Below are positions 10,326 to 21,036 of a DNA stretch of 61,188 nucleotides, piece after piece (position 1 is the stretch's first letter; every line of letters starts with the position of its first letter). This DNA is from Parcubacteria group bacterium (GTDB taxonomy: Bacteria; Patescibacteriota; Minisyncoccia; Portnoybacterales; UBA2143). A model generated the notes under the pieces. That model worked only from the letters and a program-made list of their open reading frames with translations. It was not told where the DNA came from and ran no database searches. The translations under genes were made by a program, and so were the position numbers. The DNA is taken from assembly GCA_002685955.1 (NCBI GenBank), contig NYYU01000006.1:1-61188 (forward strand). The letters run 5' to 3'.

Positions 10326-10406
10326 AAATTTAATTTTTAATTTTTAATTTTTAATTTTTAAACATTAAGATATTAAAAACTATTTAAAAATTATAAAATT
10401 ATAAAA

Positions 10407-10874
10407 TTATTTAGCTAATTTAACTTTACTTGTTCTTAAAACCTTATTATTTAAAGTATATCCTTTTTGTATTTCTTTAATAATCATTTCTCCTTTTCCT
10501 TCAATTGCTTCATGAAGCTCTGGATTAAATTTCTGACCCACTGCCTTTATTTCTTTGACATCATACTTCTGTAAAATACTATCCATTTGTTCCTTGATTC
10601 GCTTAATTCCTTTACTATCCTTTGAACCTATTTCTAAACTATCCAGAACTGGCAATAACTGCTCAATCAAACTTGCTTGGCCATAATTTCTTAATTGTTC
10701 CACAATTTGTTCCTGGCGTCGGCGATAGTTAATTAAATCAGCCCGAGCTCTTTGGGTTTGGGATAAATATTCCTCCTTTTCTTTTTGGCATTGCTTAATC
10801 CTCTGTTTAAGCTTTTTTGATTTATGACCAGTTGTTTCAGAATCTTCAGAAATATATGTAATCTTTTTTTTCAT
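10407..10874 (-). CDS. grpE: Nucleotide exchange factor GrpE
   Basis: ADLINYRRR and LLPVLDSLE motifs; adjacent to hsp20 and dnaK. Confidence 0.85.
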   Translation of the reverse strand: MKKKITYISEDSETTGHKSKKLKQRIKQCQKEKEEYLSQTQRARADLINYRRRQEQIVEQLRNYGQASLIEQLLPVLDSLEIGSKDSKGIKRIKEQMDSILQKYDVKEIKAVGQKFNPELHEAIEGKGEMIIKEIQKGYTLNNKVLRTSKVKLAK

Positions 10875-10952
10875 AACCTTGTTATCAGTCTATCATCTTT
10901 CCAAAAAAATGTCAAAATGGTAGAATAGAAGAAAACAACTTAGGAGGATTTT

Positions 10953-11867
10953 ATGAAAAAAATTACAGCTCATAGTATAACTTGGATTGATGTCCAAAAA
11001 CCTAAACAAAAAGATCTTGACGAACTTAAGGAAAGATTCAATTTTCATCCTTTTATTGTCCAACAATTCCTCCCGCCCATTCATCGTCCTAAAGTAGAAG
11101 AATACCCTAATCAGCTTTTTATTGTTCTCCACTTCCCTATTATCAATCAAAGGCAAGGACGGACAAAATTAGTTGAATTAGACCTCATTATCACACCCAC
11201 TACTTTAATTACTAGCCACGCTAATAAAATTCCTGATTTAGAAACATTTTTTAATGATTGCCAATTTCAAGAACACCATCAAAACCAATACTTTAAAAGC
11301 AGTGGACATTTACTCTTTAATTTGCTTGATTGGTTAATTGATTCTCGATTACCTATTCTTGATGAAATTGGTGAAAAGATTGAAAGGATTGAGAATAAGG
11401 TTTTCCAAGGCAAAGAAAAAGAAATGCTGACAAAAATTGCCATGGTTAAAAAAAGTCTAATTGACTTCCATCGAGCCATCAAACCACAGCTCTCTATTTT
11501 AAAGATTCTAGACAAAAAATCAACTAGGCTCTTTAGTCTAGAAACCAAACCTTTATCTCAAGAAGTGCTTGGCTCAATTATTCGAGTTTGGAATCTTTTA
11601 GAAAATCACCGAGAATTAATTAATTCTATTGAACAAACCAATAATTCCTTGCTTTCCTATAAATTAAACGATATTATGAAATTCTTAACGGTTGTTTCCT
11701 TTATTACCCTTCCTTTAAACATTATTGTTGGCTTCTTTGGTATGAATGTATTCAGTAATACGCCACTTGTTCGAGAAAGTCCCTATGCCTGGGCAAGCAT
11801 TCTTGTTTTTATGTTCATGGCTACAATTATCATGATTATCTATTTTAAAAAGAAAAAGTGGCTTTAA
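10953..11867 (+). CDS. corA: CorA-family Mg2+/Co2+ transporter
   Basis: GFFGMNV (GMN motif) before the two C-terminal TM helices. Confidence 0.9.
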   Translation: MKKITAHSITWIDVQKPKQKDLDELKERFNFHPFIVQQFLPPIHRPKVEEYPNQLFIVLHFPIINQRQGRTKLVELDLIITPTTLITSHANKIPDLETFFNDCQFQEHHQNQYFKSSGHLLFNLLDWLIDSRLPILDEIGEKIERIENKVFQGKEKEMLTKIAMVKKSLIDFHRAIKPQLSILKILDKKSTRLFSLETKPLSQEVLGSIIRVWNLLENHRELINSIEQTNNSLLSYKLNDIMKFLTVVSFITLPLNIIVGFFGMNVFSNTPLVRESPYAWASILVFMFMATIIMIIYFKKKKWL

Positions 11868-11870
11868 ATC

Positions 11871-13250
11871 ATGTTTTTGTATAATACCCTTAGTCATAAA
11901 AAAGAAACCTTTAAACCGATTAAAAAGAATCAGGTTTCTTTTTACCATTGCGGACCGACTGTTTACTGGACTCAGCATCTGGGCAATCTTCGAGCCACGC
12001 TTTGGGCTGATCTGGTAGTTAGGATTTTTAAGTATTTAGGCTACCAAGTAACTCACGTTCGTAATTATACCGATGTTGGACATTTAACCAGTGATCAGGA
12101 TGAAGGTCAAGATAAAATAGAGCAAAGCGCTCAACAAGAAAAAATAACCCCTGAACAGATTGCTGAAAAGTATGTTAAAATCTTTGAACAAGATACTAAA
12201 GAATTAAATATTTTAGAACCAACTCATAAGCCTAGGGCGACCCAATACATTCAAGAAATACAAGAAATGACCCAAATCCTTTTAGATAAGAGCTATGCTT
12301 ATAGCACTGACCTGGCCGTCTATTTTAATACCTCTAAAGCTAAAAACTACACTCAATTATCTGGTCAAAAGATTGAAGATAAGCTTAAGGGCGCCGGCAA
12401 AGCAGAAGTATCTGATCCTAATAAAAAGCATCCAGCTGACTTTGCTTTATGGTTTTTTAAGGCAGGCAGGCATAAAAATGCTTTGCAAACCTGGGCCTCG
12501 CCTTGGGGGCAAGGCTTTCCCGGCTGGCATATTGAATGCTCGGTCATGAGCAAAAAATATTTAGGCGCAACGATTGATATCCATATGGGCGGCATTGAGC
12601 ATATCCCGGTTCATCACACTAATGAAATCGCCCAGAGCGAATCCGCTAATGGCGTCAAGTTTGTTAATTACTGGCTCCATAACGAACACTTGCTGGTGGA
12701 TAATAAGAAGATGTCTAAATCAGCTGGTACTGGTTACAGCTTGGCTCAAGTCAAACAAAAAGGATTTAATCCTTTAGCCCTAAGATATTTATTTTTACAA
12801 GCTCATTATCGCTCTAAACAGAATTTTACCTGGCCATCAATGGAAGCGGCTCAAAAAGGTTTAAATAACTTACTTAGTCAAATTAAAGAATTAGGTGATC
12901 AGGCGGGCAAAGTTAATCAAGTATTCCAAGATAAATTTATTGAAAAAATATCAGATGATTTTAATCTCCCTCAAGCTTTAGTGATTGCCCAAGAAGTATT
13001 AAAATCAGATTTAACTAATCAAGCTAAACTAGCTACTCTTTTAGATTTTGACCAAGTTCTAGGCTTGAATTTAAATAAAAAACAAGAGATTAAAATTCCT
13101 CAAGAAATTACCAAACTTGTTCAAGAACGCGAACAAGCTAGAAAAAATGAAGAATTTAAAAAAGCTGATGAAATTAGGGATAAAATAGAAAAAAAGAATT
13201 ATCAAGTAGAAGATACTGCCCAAGGACCAAAAATATCCCCAAAATACTAA
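11871..13250 (+). CDS. cysS: Cysteine--tRNA ligase
   Basis: HLGN (HIGH-type), KMSKS, and GWHIEC zinc-site motifs. Confidence 0.95.
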   Translation: MFLYNTLSHKKETFKPIKKNQVSFYHCGPTVYWTQHLGNLRATLWADLVVRIFKYLGYQVTHVRNYTDVGHLTSDQDEGQDKIEQSAQQEKITPEQIAEKYVKIFEQDTKELNILEPTHKPRATQYIQEIQEMTQILLDKSYAYSTDLAVYFNTSKAKNYTQLSGQKIEDKLKGAGKAEVSDPNKKHPADFALWFFKAGRHKNALQTWASPWGQGFPGWHIECSVMSKKYLGATIDIHMGGIEHIPVHHTNEIAQSESANGVKFVNYWLHNEHLLVDNKKMSKSAGTGYSLAQVKQKGFNPLALRYLFLQAHYRSKQNFTWPSMEAAQKGLNNLLSQIKELGDQAGKVNQVFQDKFIEKISDDFNLPQALVIAQEVLKSDLTNQAKLATLLDFDQVLGLNLNKKQEIKIPQEITKLVQEREQARKNEEFKKADEIRDKIEKKNYQVEDTAQGPKISPKY

Positions 13251-13262
13251 CCAATTCTACAC

Positions 13263-13291
13263 TTGTCATAAATAAGTTGAAGCTTTAGAAT
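13263..13291 (+). promoter_or_regulatory. Sigma70-like promoter upstream of dnaB
   Basis: TTGTCA, 17 nt spacer, TAGAAT. Confidence 0.4.
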
Positions 13292-13324
13292 ATAGGAGGA
13301 TCTCTCCTATAATTTTAATTAAAA

Positions 13325-14677
13325 ATGGCTAAAGAAAAAATAGACAAACTACCACCTCAAAACATTGAAGCCGAACAATCAGTGCTCGGCTCTTTAATGC
13401 TGGATAAAGAAGCAATCAGCCGAGTGGCTGATATTCTTAAACCAGACGACTTTTACCGCAACACTCACGCTAATATTTATCAGATTATGCTGGAACTTTT
13501 TGAAAAAAATGAACCGATTGATTTATTAAGTTTAACTAACCGCTTAAAGGAAAAAAAGCAAATGGAAGAGATTGGCGGAACCAGCTATTTAACCAGCTTA
13601 GTTAATTCTGTACCAACGGCCGCTCATATCACTCATTATACTAAGATTGTTAAAAGTAAAAAAGTACTGCGTGATCTTATTGACACTTCCCATCAAATTA
13701 CCCAATTAAGCTATCAAGAACCAGAAGATATTGAAAATCTAGTTGATACGGCCGAACAAAAAATCTTTAGTATTTCTCAGAAATCAGTTAGCCAGAGATT
13801 TACCATAGTTAAAGACAGTTTAGAAGAAGCTTTTGAACGAATTGATAAATTACATCGAGGAGATGAAGTTACCAGAGGTATTCCTACTGGATTTATTGAT
13901 TTAGATAATCATTTGTCTGGTTTCCAAAAATCAGATATGGTTATCTTAGGAGCCAGACCATCGCTTGGAAAAACTAGTTTAGCCCTAGATATCGCTCGTC
14001 ATATCGCCACCAAGGAAAAAACACCTGTTGCCTTTTTTAGTATTGAAATGTCTAAAGAACAAATGGTTGACCGTCTTATCTCCGCTCAAGCTCAAGTTGA
14101 TTCTTGGCGCATGCGCACCGGTCGTTTATCAGGCGAAGGTCCTGATAATGACTTTGAGCGGATTCAACGAGCCATGGATGAATTATCAGCTGCGCCTATT
14201 TTCATTGATGACACTCCTTCACCAACCGTAATGCAAATGAGGGCAATGGCTCGCCGCCTTCAGGCCGAACATAATATCGGACTGATTATTGTTGATTATC
14301 TTCAAATGATTCAACCTCATGGTTATAATGATTCGCCTGTTCAACAAATGACCGAAATATCTCGTGGCTTAAAAACCTTGGCTCGTGAACTTGAATTACC
14401 TGTTTTAGCTCTTTCCCAGCTTAACCGATCGGTAGAAAGCCGTTCTCCAGCTATCCCTCGTCTTTCTGATCTCCGTGAAAGCGGAAGCCTGGAACAAGAT
14501 GCCGATGTAGTTCTTTTAATCTATCGCGAAGATAAAGACCGAACTGGTAGTGAACGGAAAAATATTGCTGAAATTCATATTGCCAAACATCGTAATGGAC
14601 CAACTGGTAAAATAGAATTGTTTTTTAATGAAAGCCAGGCTAGTTTTAAAGACCTGGAAAGGCATTTAGGCGAATAA
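13325..14677 (+). CDS. dnaB: Replicative DNA helicase DnaB
   Basis: PPQNIEAEQSVLGS N-terminus, Walker A GARPSLGKTS, IVDYLQ motif. Confidence 0.95.
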   Translation: MAKEKIDKLPPQNIEAEQSVLGSLMLDKEAISRVADILKPDDFYRNTHANIYQIMLELFEKNEPIDLLSLTNRLKEKKQMEEIGGTSYLTSLVNSVPTAAHITHYTKIVKSKKVLRDLIDTSHQITQLSYQEPEDIENLVDTAEQKIFSISQKSVSQRFTIVKDSLEEAFERIDKLHRGDEVTRGIPTGFIDLDNHLSGFQKSDMVILGARPSLGKTSLALDIARHIATKEKTPVAFFSIEMSKEQMVDRLISAQAQVDSWRMRTGRLSGEGPDNDFERIQRAMDELSAAPIFIDDTPSPTVMQMRAMARRLQAEHNIGLIIVDYLQMIQPHGYNDSPVQQMTEISRGLKTLARELELPVLALSQLNRSVESRSPAIPRLSDLRESGSLEQDADVVLLIYREDKDRTGSERKNIAEIHIAKHRNGPTGKIELFFNESQASFKDLERHLGE

Positions 14678-14680
14678 TAT

Positions 14681-15277
14681 ATGTTTCCAGATTCAATTCA
14701 AAATTTAATTAATAATTTAAGTAAATTACCTGATATTGGCCCTCGAGCGGCTACCCGGTTAGTTTTTCATTTACTTAACCAAAAGCAAAAAGAATTAACC
14801 GAGCTTTCATCGTTAATAAAAAGCTTGAAATCCGAAATTGAATTATGTGGGCAATGCTTTAATTTAACCTCTAAGGATCAACTCTGTTCTGTTTGTCAAG
14901 ATAAAAAAAGAGATCCTAGTAAGATTTGTATAGTAGAAACTCCTTTGAATATATTGCCAATTGAAAAAACCAAACAATTTAATGGACTTTATCATGTTTT
15001 AGGCGGATTAATATTTCCCAGTAATGGAATTGGTCCGGAAAAACTGAAAATTAACCAACTAATAACCAGATGTAAGAATAATCAGTCAAAAATCACCGAG
15101 CTTATTTTCGCCTTAAGTCCCAGCACCGAAGGAGACACCACTACCTTATATATTGAACGTTTGCTAAAACCTTTGAAAATAAAAACAAGCCGTTTGGCGC
15201 GCGGCTTGTCTATGGGCAGTGATTTAGAATATATTGACGAACACACTTTATCTAGCGCTTTGCGTGAAAGAAAGTAA
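14681..15277 (+). CDS. recR: Recombination protein RecR
   Basis: LPDIGPRAATRL helix-hairpin-helix, C4 zinc finger CGQC..CSVC, and a Toprim domain. Confidence 0.93.
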   Translation: MFPDSIQNLINNLSKLPDIGPRAATRLVFHLLNQKQKELTELSSLIKSLKSEIELCGQCFNLTSKDQLCSVCQDKKRDPSKICIVETPLNILPIEKTKQFNGLYHVLGGLIFPSNGIGPEKLKINQLITRCKNNQSKITELIFALSPSTEGDTTTLYIERLLKPLKIKTSRLARGLSMGSDLEYIDEHTLSSALRERK

Positions 15278-15280
15278 TTT

Positions 15281-15586
15281 TTAAAACTTTAAGATTTCTA
15301 CTTCGGTATAGGGCTGGCGATGCCCTATTTTTTTCTGGTAACGTTTCTTGGGCTTGTACTTAAAAATAGTTATTTTCTTAGCTTTATCCTGTTTAAGAAC
15401 TTTTGCCTTAATTTTAAGACCCTTAATAAAAGGCGCGCCTATTTCTGTTTTTTTACTTTTAATCAACAACAAAACCTGATCAAAGGTAATTTCTTTGCCC
15501 GGTTCTACCTCGAACTTTTCTATTTTAATTTTATCACCAGGCGAAACAAGATATTGTTTTCCCCCAGTTTTAATTACAGCAAACAT
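15281..15586 (-). CDS. rplU: 50S ribosomal protein L21
   Basis: MFAVIKTGGKQY..V..GD signature. Confidence 0.93.
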   Translation of the reverse strand: MFAVIKTGGKQYLVSPGDKIKIEKFEVEPGKEITFDQVLLLIKSKKTEIGAPFIKGLKIKAKVLKQDKAKKITIFKYKPKKRYQKKIGHRQPYTEVEILKF

Positions 15587-15604
15587 AAATTTAATCTTAA
15601 ATTA

Positions 15605-16651
15605 TTATTCATCATCAAGCTCCAATAAAGGGTTAGCGACATCTTCTGTTTCTATTTGCGGCTTACCGCTGGCAATCTTAGATACATCTTTATCTATCTT
15701 TTGAAGTTCCTTATTACTCCGGTTATAGGTATTAACTGAAGCATTAATGCTATTGCCTAGCTTTTTATGATGGAAACTATAGCTTTTAACATGCCGGTCT
15801 AGCTTGCCTACTAACTTAATAATCTCTTTGGTTGATTCTTCAATCTGCATGCCCCGAAGACCTTCTAGAATTGTTTGTAAATAAGCAAAAAAGGAAGTGG
15901 GCGAAACTATATGAATATGTTTTTCTCTTACGGCGTAATCTAACAGGCTCCTGGTATTAACTTTAATCGCCCCGATCTTATTAACCAACAAATCATAATA
16001 AATTGCTTCGGCCGGAATAAACATAAAAGCAAATTCGTAAGTTTTTTCCTTGGGCCTAATATATTTAGCCGTTTCATCAATTCTGGCTTTTAAATCATTT
16101 TTAAATGCTTTTTCCAATTGTTCTCTTCGCTGTGGATTATTCTCTTCTATAATCCTATTATAATTCTCTAAAGAAAATTTAGAATCAATCGGTATTATTT
16201 TATCCTTAAGAAAGATAACTGCATCAACTATCTGACCATTCTTAAACTGATACTGCATTTGATACTGTTCCGGACTAAAAATATTCTTTAATAATTCTTC
16301 TAAATAATATTCTCCTAGAATTCCTCTTTGTTTAGGATTATTTAGAACATTTTCTAATGATTGAAGGTTTTCTGCAAAACCAACTACTTGTTTGTTGGTA
16401 TTTTTTAATTCAGTTAATCCTTCTGTAACGCTTTTGATAATCTTAGCGCTTTCGCTGAATTGTGACTGAACCGCTTTAGCTGACTGAGATAATTTACTAT
16501 CAACTGTCTGGTCTAATTGGTTTAGTTGTTGTTGAAGCATTAATAATGATTCGCTGTCTTGTTTGTCTGGTTTTTTTCTGGATAATAAAAAAAAGTTCAG
16601 GCCCAAACCTATAATTACAAAAACCAAGAGCAAAACAATTAAATACTCCAT
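15605..16651 (-). CDS. rmuC: DNA recombination protein RmuC
   Basis: N-terminal TM helix, coiled coil, and a VDAVIFL..IPIDSKFSLENY nuclease-like core. Confidence 0.85.
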   Translation of the reverse strand: MEYLIVLLLVFVIIGLGLNFFLLSRKKPDKQDSESLLMLQQQLNQLDQTVDSKLSQSAKAVQSQFSESAKIIKSVTEGLTELKNTNKQVVGFAENLQSLENVLNNPKQRGILGEYYLEELLKNIFSPEQYQMQYQFKNGQIVDAVIFLKDKIIPIDSKFSLENYNRIIEENNPQRREQLEKAFKNDLKARIDETAKYIRPKEKTYEFAFMFIPAEAIYYDLLVNKIGAIKVNTRSLLDYAVREKHIHIVSPTSFFAYLQTILEGLRGMQIEESTKEIIKLVGKLDRHVKSYSFHHKKLGNSINASVNTYNRSNKELQKIDKDVSKIASGKPQIETEDVANPLLELDDE

Positions 16652-16698
16652 TAAAACTACTCTAGCATAACTAAATCAAAAAGACAAATTAAACCCTT

Positions 16699-17652
16699 TT
16701 AATTAAATAAAATTTCGGCTAAGACAAATGTTAAATAAATAGCTAATAGGAAAATTCCTTCTCGTCTGGTAATTTTTTTATCAGTGCGTAAAAAGATTAA
16801 AAAGAAAATAGCCGCTATGACCAGAAAAAACCGGCCAATCACAAAAGGTGAAAAATCAACAATTATAATCGGATGAATTAAAGAGACTATTCCTAAAACC
16901 AAGCTGGCCGGAATAATTACTGAACCCATCAGATCACCAATGATCATCCAGCCCTCACCCCTCCGAGCGGCCTGAATACTAAAAAAGATTTCTGGCAAAG
17001 CATTGCCCAAGCTAACAACCAAGATACCAATTAAAGCCAAAGAAAGATTAAAGCTGGTTGAAAAAAAAGTGGCTGATCTAACAATTCCCTCAGCCGCTAA
17101 AAGGAGTAGAAAAACTGACCCGGATAAAACAGCTAACTTCTTAAAAAACTTCTTAAATCCTATTGTTTTTGAAACATAGTTATAACGCTTGCTAAATCTC
17201 TCCTTTTTGGCAAAAAGCCAAGCAGCATAAATAATAAAACCCATGATTAAAACCACCCCGTCTATTCTAGAAATCGTTCCATCAAGAACCAAAAGCAAAG
17301 GTAAGATAGCAATTAATAAAGTAAAAATAGCGCTTCCTTGAACAGTTCGGCTTGATAGCTTTAATCCCCCTTTTGAAATTAAAACAGCCAAAGCAACCGC
17401 CACGGTTAAATCAATAATATTACCTCCGACGATATCGCCAAATGATAATTCTGGAATTCTGTGCAAAGCAGAGCTGATACCCACAGAAAGATTAGGGATG
17501 GCCCCAGCTAGAGCCATAGTAAAAAAAGCAACGACAAATTCTTTCCAACCCAAAAACTTAGCAATATCAGTTAAAGAACTAATCAAGCGACTGCTAGCAT
17601 AAGCTAAAATAAAAAAAGATGTGATAAAAATACCAAAGTAAACAAAAGTCAT
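16699..17652 (-). CDS. CaCA-family sodium/calcium exchanger membrane protein
   Basis: Two alpha-repeat motifs, GDIVGGNIIDLT and GDLMGSVIIPAS; about 10 TM helices. Confidence 0.75.
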   Translation of the reverse strand: MTFVYFGIFITSFFILAYASSRLISSLTDIAKFLGWKEFVVAFFTMALAGAIPNLSVGISSALHRIPELSFGDIVGGNIIDLTVAVALAVLISKGGLKLSSRTVQGSAIFTLLIAILPLLLVLDGTISRIDGVVLIMGFIIYAAWLFAKKERFSKRYNYVSKTIGFKKFFKKLAVLSGSVFLLLLAAEGIVRSATFFSTSFNLSLALIGILVVSLGNALPEIFFSIQAARRGEGWMIIGDLMGSVIIPASLVLGIVSLIHPIIIVDFSPFVIGRFFLVIAAIFFLIFLRTDKKITRREGIFLLAIYLTFVLAEILFN

Positions 17653-17654
17653 AC

Positions 17655-20297
17655 TTATCTAAAGACCTTTCTAGTAATAAAATAATATTTAGTTACTTCA
17701 ATTAAAGCTATATTAAAGACTCCTAAGCCTAAAACTAAAATCCAGTCAAATGAATTCAAGGGAACAGTTTTAAGCAAGGTCTGTAAAAAAGGCAGATAAA
17801 GAGCGCCTAAAAGCATAATCACGCCAAAAAACCAGGCGTAAATTAAAAACTTGTTAGAAAAAAGGTTAATCTGCCAAATATTTCTTCTTAAGCTCTTACA
17901 AGAAAAAATATAAAAGAGCGAGTCTATGGTTAAAGCGGTAAAAATAACAGAACGGATATGAACTATTTGATACCCAGAAAATTTCAAGAGCCAAAAGAAA
18001 AGGCCTAATAAAAGAATATCAGTAAATAAGCCGATAATAAAGATTAGGGTTTTCATTTCTTTATTTAAAAGGGAAAAGGCGTAATCTCTCGGCTTGCGCT
18101 TCATAATATCGTCTTCTTTTTTCTCAAAAGCTAAAGTAATCCCGATCGGTCCATCCTCAATCAAATTAACCCATAAGATCTGGCCGGCTAAAACTGGCAA
18201 AGGCCAGCCAAAAAGCAAACTAACTCCAATTAAAATAACTTCGGTAAAGCTATCTGAAAGCAAATAAGTAACTACTTTTCTAACATTATCAATAATCGCT
18301 CGGCCTTCTTCAATGGCTGCTTCAATCACGCTAAAATTATCGGTCAGCAAAACTAGATCAGCTACTTCTTTAGCAACATCGGTGCCCGAACCCAAGGCCA
18401 CGCCAATATCAGCTTGTTTCAAGGCAGGCGCGTCATTAATCCCATCTCCAGTCATAGCTACTACTTCCCCGTTTTTTTGCCAAGCTTGAACAATTCTTAA
18501 TTTTTGAGCTGGCTCTACCCGAGCATAAATCTGAATTTGTTTAAACCTTTGTTCAAACTCTTGATCAGATAATTTAGCTAAATCTTTGCCTTCTAAAATA
18601 TTGGCTGGCTTAATTTTAAAACCAAGCTTTTCAGCTACCTTTCGGGCAGTTAATTTATGGTCACCGGTAGCAATAATCGGCTTCAGACCAGCTTGGCGGC
18701 AGAGTTGCATTACTTTTTTAGTTCCCTTCCTAATTGGATCGTGTAGGGAAAAAAGTCCGACAAAAACCATCTCCCTTGAAGCTTCTTCTTTTTTTGCGTC
18801 TATTTTTTCGTCTTTAGTTTTTTTATAAGCCACGGCTACTACTCTTAACCCCTCCCGGGTTAATCCATCAATCCTGTTCTTTATTTTTTTAAAATCAGCT
18901 AAAAGTAATTTCTTATCTTTATTCTTAATACTTAGATAAGAAGAAATGTTTAAAATCTTTTCCGGTGAACCAACTAAATAAAGAATATTATCCCTTGCAT
19001 TAAATTTATGTAAACTAGCCCCATACTTATAAACCGGATCAAAAAATAATCGGTCAAGAACCGGTTGTTCGGCCTCAAGTTTTTTCCTGGAAAAACCGGC
19101 TCGAATCCCAGCTAAAAAAAGAGGTTTTTCGGTTGGTCTTCCTCTGACTTTCCATTTTTTTATCGGATCATCTAAATTTTCAATAAATGACTCGTTACAA
19201 AGCAGGCCAATCTTTAAGGCAAAAAGGTCAGACTCTCTAGGTTGATCATTTTGTAGAAGAGATTCACCAGTAAGAACACTGGCTACTTCCATTTTAGCTT
19301 CAGTTAAAGTTCCAGTTTTATCTGTTAAGATTATTGAAGTGCTGCCTAAAGTTTCAGCTGATGCCAACCTACGAACCAGTCCTTTTCTTTTTAAAATCCT
19401 TTGCATGCCTAGGGCTAAAATAACGGTCATGGCCACTGGCAATCCTTCTGGGATAGCTGCTACGGCCACCGCAATAGAAGTAGTGAACATTTCAACAAAT
19501 CTTCCTCCCACCAGCATTCCCTCAACAAAAATACCTAGAGAAATAACAGTGATGACCAAACCAATAATTTTACTAAAATGACTTAACTTTCTTTGATAGG
19601 GTGTTTTCTTTTCTTTGGTTGCTTTAATCATTCCGGCTATGCGACCGAGTTCTGTTTTTAAACCGGTCCCAACCACCACTGCCCTGCCCCAGCCGCTTTC
19701 AATTATGGTCCCCATATAAACCATATTGTCCCTATCAGCCAAAGATATTTTTTCAGATAAAACAGCTGTTTTTTTATCAGCCGCCAGCCATTCCCCCGTT
19801 AGGGCAGATTCATTAATTTTTAAGTCATGGCTTTCAACAATTCGAGCATCGGCTGGCGCTTTATTCCCGGTTCTTAATAGGACAATATCGCCGGGAACAA
19901 TGCTTTTTTGAAAAACTTCCTTTTCCTGACCATCTCGAAAAACAACTGCTTTAAAATGAAGGGCTTTCTTTAGTTTGCCAAGCGCTTGGCTCGCTTTATT
20001 TTCTTGGAAATAACCAACAATGGTATTTAAAAGGACTGCTCCAAAAATCACTGCGCTATCAGTATATTCATCTAAAACAAAAGCAATAATCCCGGCAATT
20101 AAAAGGATATAAACTAAAGGGCTTTTAAACTGCTCAAAAAATGTCTTTATTTTAGAAAACTGTTCTTCTTGAGGAAGTCTATTAAATCCGACTTTTTCAA
20201 GCCGTTGTTCAGCTTTTTGCTGAGTTAATCCTTGAGGACTTGATTTTAACTCTTGAAAAGTTTTCTTAATTGAAAAACTATGCCATTTTTTCGCCAT
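17655..20297 (-). CDS. Cation (Ca2+-type) P-type ATPase; start taken at MAKKWHSF
   Basis: DKTGTLT phosphorylation site, TGDGINDAPAL, PEGLP. Confidence 0.9.
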   Translation of the reverse strand: MAKKWHSFSIKKTFQELKSSPQGLTQQKAEQRLEKVGFNRLPQEEQFSKIKTFFEQFKSPLVYILLIAGIIAFVLDEYTDSAVIFGAVLLNTIVGYFQENKASQALGKLKKALHFKAVVFRDGQEKEVFQKSIVPGDIVLLRTGNKAPADARIVESHDLKINESALTGEWLAADKKTAVLSEKISLADRDNMVYMGTIIESGWGRAVVVGTGLKTELGRIAGMIKATKEKKTPYQRKLSHFSKIIGLVITVISLGIFVEGMLVGGRFVEMFTTSIAVAVAAIPEGLPVAMTVILALGMQRILKRKGLVRRLASAETLGSTSIILTDKTGTLTEAKMEVASVLTGESLLQNDQPRESDLFALKIGLLCNESFIENLDDPIKKWKVRGRPTEKPLFLAGIRAGFSRKKLEAEQPVLDRLFFDPVYKYGASLHKFNARDNILYLVGSPEKILNISSYLSIKNKDKKLLLADFKKIKNRIDGLTREGLRVVAVAYKKTKDEKIDAKKEEASREMVFVGLFSLHDPIRKGTKKVMQLCRQAGLKPIIATGDHKLTARKVAEKLGFKIKPANILEGKDLAKLSDQEFEQRFKQIQIYARVEPAQKLRIVQAWQKNGEVVAMTGDGINDAPALKQADIGVALGSGTDVAKEVADLVLLTDNFSVIEAAIEEGRAIIDNVRKVVTYLLSDSFTEVILIGVSLLFGWPLPVLAGQILWVNLIEDGPIGITLAFEKKEDDIMKRKPRDYAFSLLNKEMKTLIFIIGLFTDILLLGLFFWLLKFSGYQIVHIRSVIFTALTIDSLFYIFSCKSLRRNIWQINLFSNKFLIYAWFFGVIMLLGALYLPFLQTLLKTVPLNSFDWILVLGLGVFNIALIEVTKYYFITRKVFR

Positions 20298-20998
20298 ATT
20301 AATATTATAACACATATCAAAATAAATAAGCTAATCCATTGGCTTGCGGTTAATCCCCAATAAGCAGGGTCGTTAACTCGGATAAAATCTAAGAAAAAAC
20401 GGGCCAAGCTATACCAGATTAGAAACACAATAAAGAGCTGACCTATCCTCTTTAATCGTTTTTGCAAAAAGTATAAAACAAAAAACATAATTAAACCATT
20501 GAGGGCTAAATATTCAGCCACGGGATGACGGAGAGTCCCGTCAGGCCACTTAATCGCCCAAGGCAAATCAGCTATTGTTCCCTGATGGTCATTAATTAAA
20601 GAACAGCCAATCCGACCAAGAAAAATTCCTAAAGCAACAACCGGAACTAAAATATCAGCTATTTGCCAAAAGTTTAATTTAGTTTTTTTAATATAAACCC
20701 ATCCGACAATTAAAGCGCCTAAAAAACCTCCATAAAATGTTAAGCCGCCTTCCCAAATATAAAAAATTTTTGATAAATCTATATTATATTGCAAGACATA
20801 AGCTAAGCGAGCGCCTAGAATACTCGCTAAAAAAAGAAAAAAGACTAACCAAATAATCTTCTTTTGTTCAATATTATGTTTTTGAGCTTGTCTTAAAACA
20901 ATCAAATAACCAACTAAAAAACCTAATCCTAAAAACAGACCCCAAATTTGAAGAATAATCGGACCAAGTTGAATTTGAGTGTAAGAAAAATACGGCAT
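20246..20998 (-). CDS. lgt: Prolipoprotein diacylglyceryl transferase
   Basis: GGLTFYGGFLGA and GRIGCSLINDHQG motifs. The 3' end overlaps the ATPase start. Confidence 0.85.
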   Translation of the reverse strand: MPYFSYTQIQLGPIILQIWGLFLGLGFLVGYLIVLRQAQKHNIEQKKIIWLVFFLFLASILGARLAYVLQYNIDLSKIFYIWEGGLTFYGGFLGALIVGWVYIKKTKLNFWQIADILVPVVALGIFLGRIGCSLINDHQGTIADLPWAIKWPDGTLRHPVAEYLALNGLIMFFVLYFLQKRLKRIGQLFIVFLIWYSLARFFLDFIRVNDPAYWGLTASQWISLFILICVIILIWRKNGIVFQLRKLFKS

Positions 20999-21036
20999 TA
21001 AGTATTTTACCTTTTTTGTTTTCGTTTTCTCTCCAA

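Noticed and set aside
10326-10406. Possible CRISPR or tandem-repeat array in the AT-rich repeats near hsp20 and at 47751-47776.
   Set aside because: The units are 7-nt A/T heptamers with no spacers. Nothing in the window shows 25-40 nt repeats separated by unique spacers, and no cas genes are present.
13325-14677. Intein or intron in dnaB, which is common in some lineages.
   Set aside because: The protein has normal length (450 aa) with contiguous conserved motifs.
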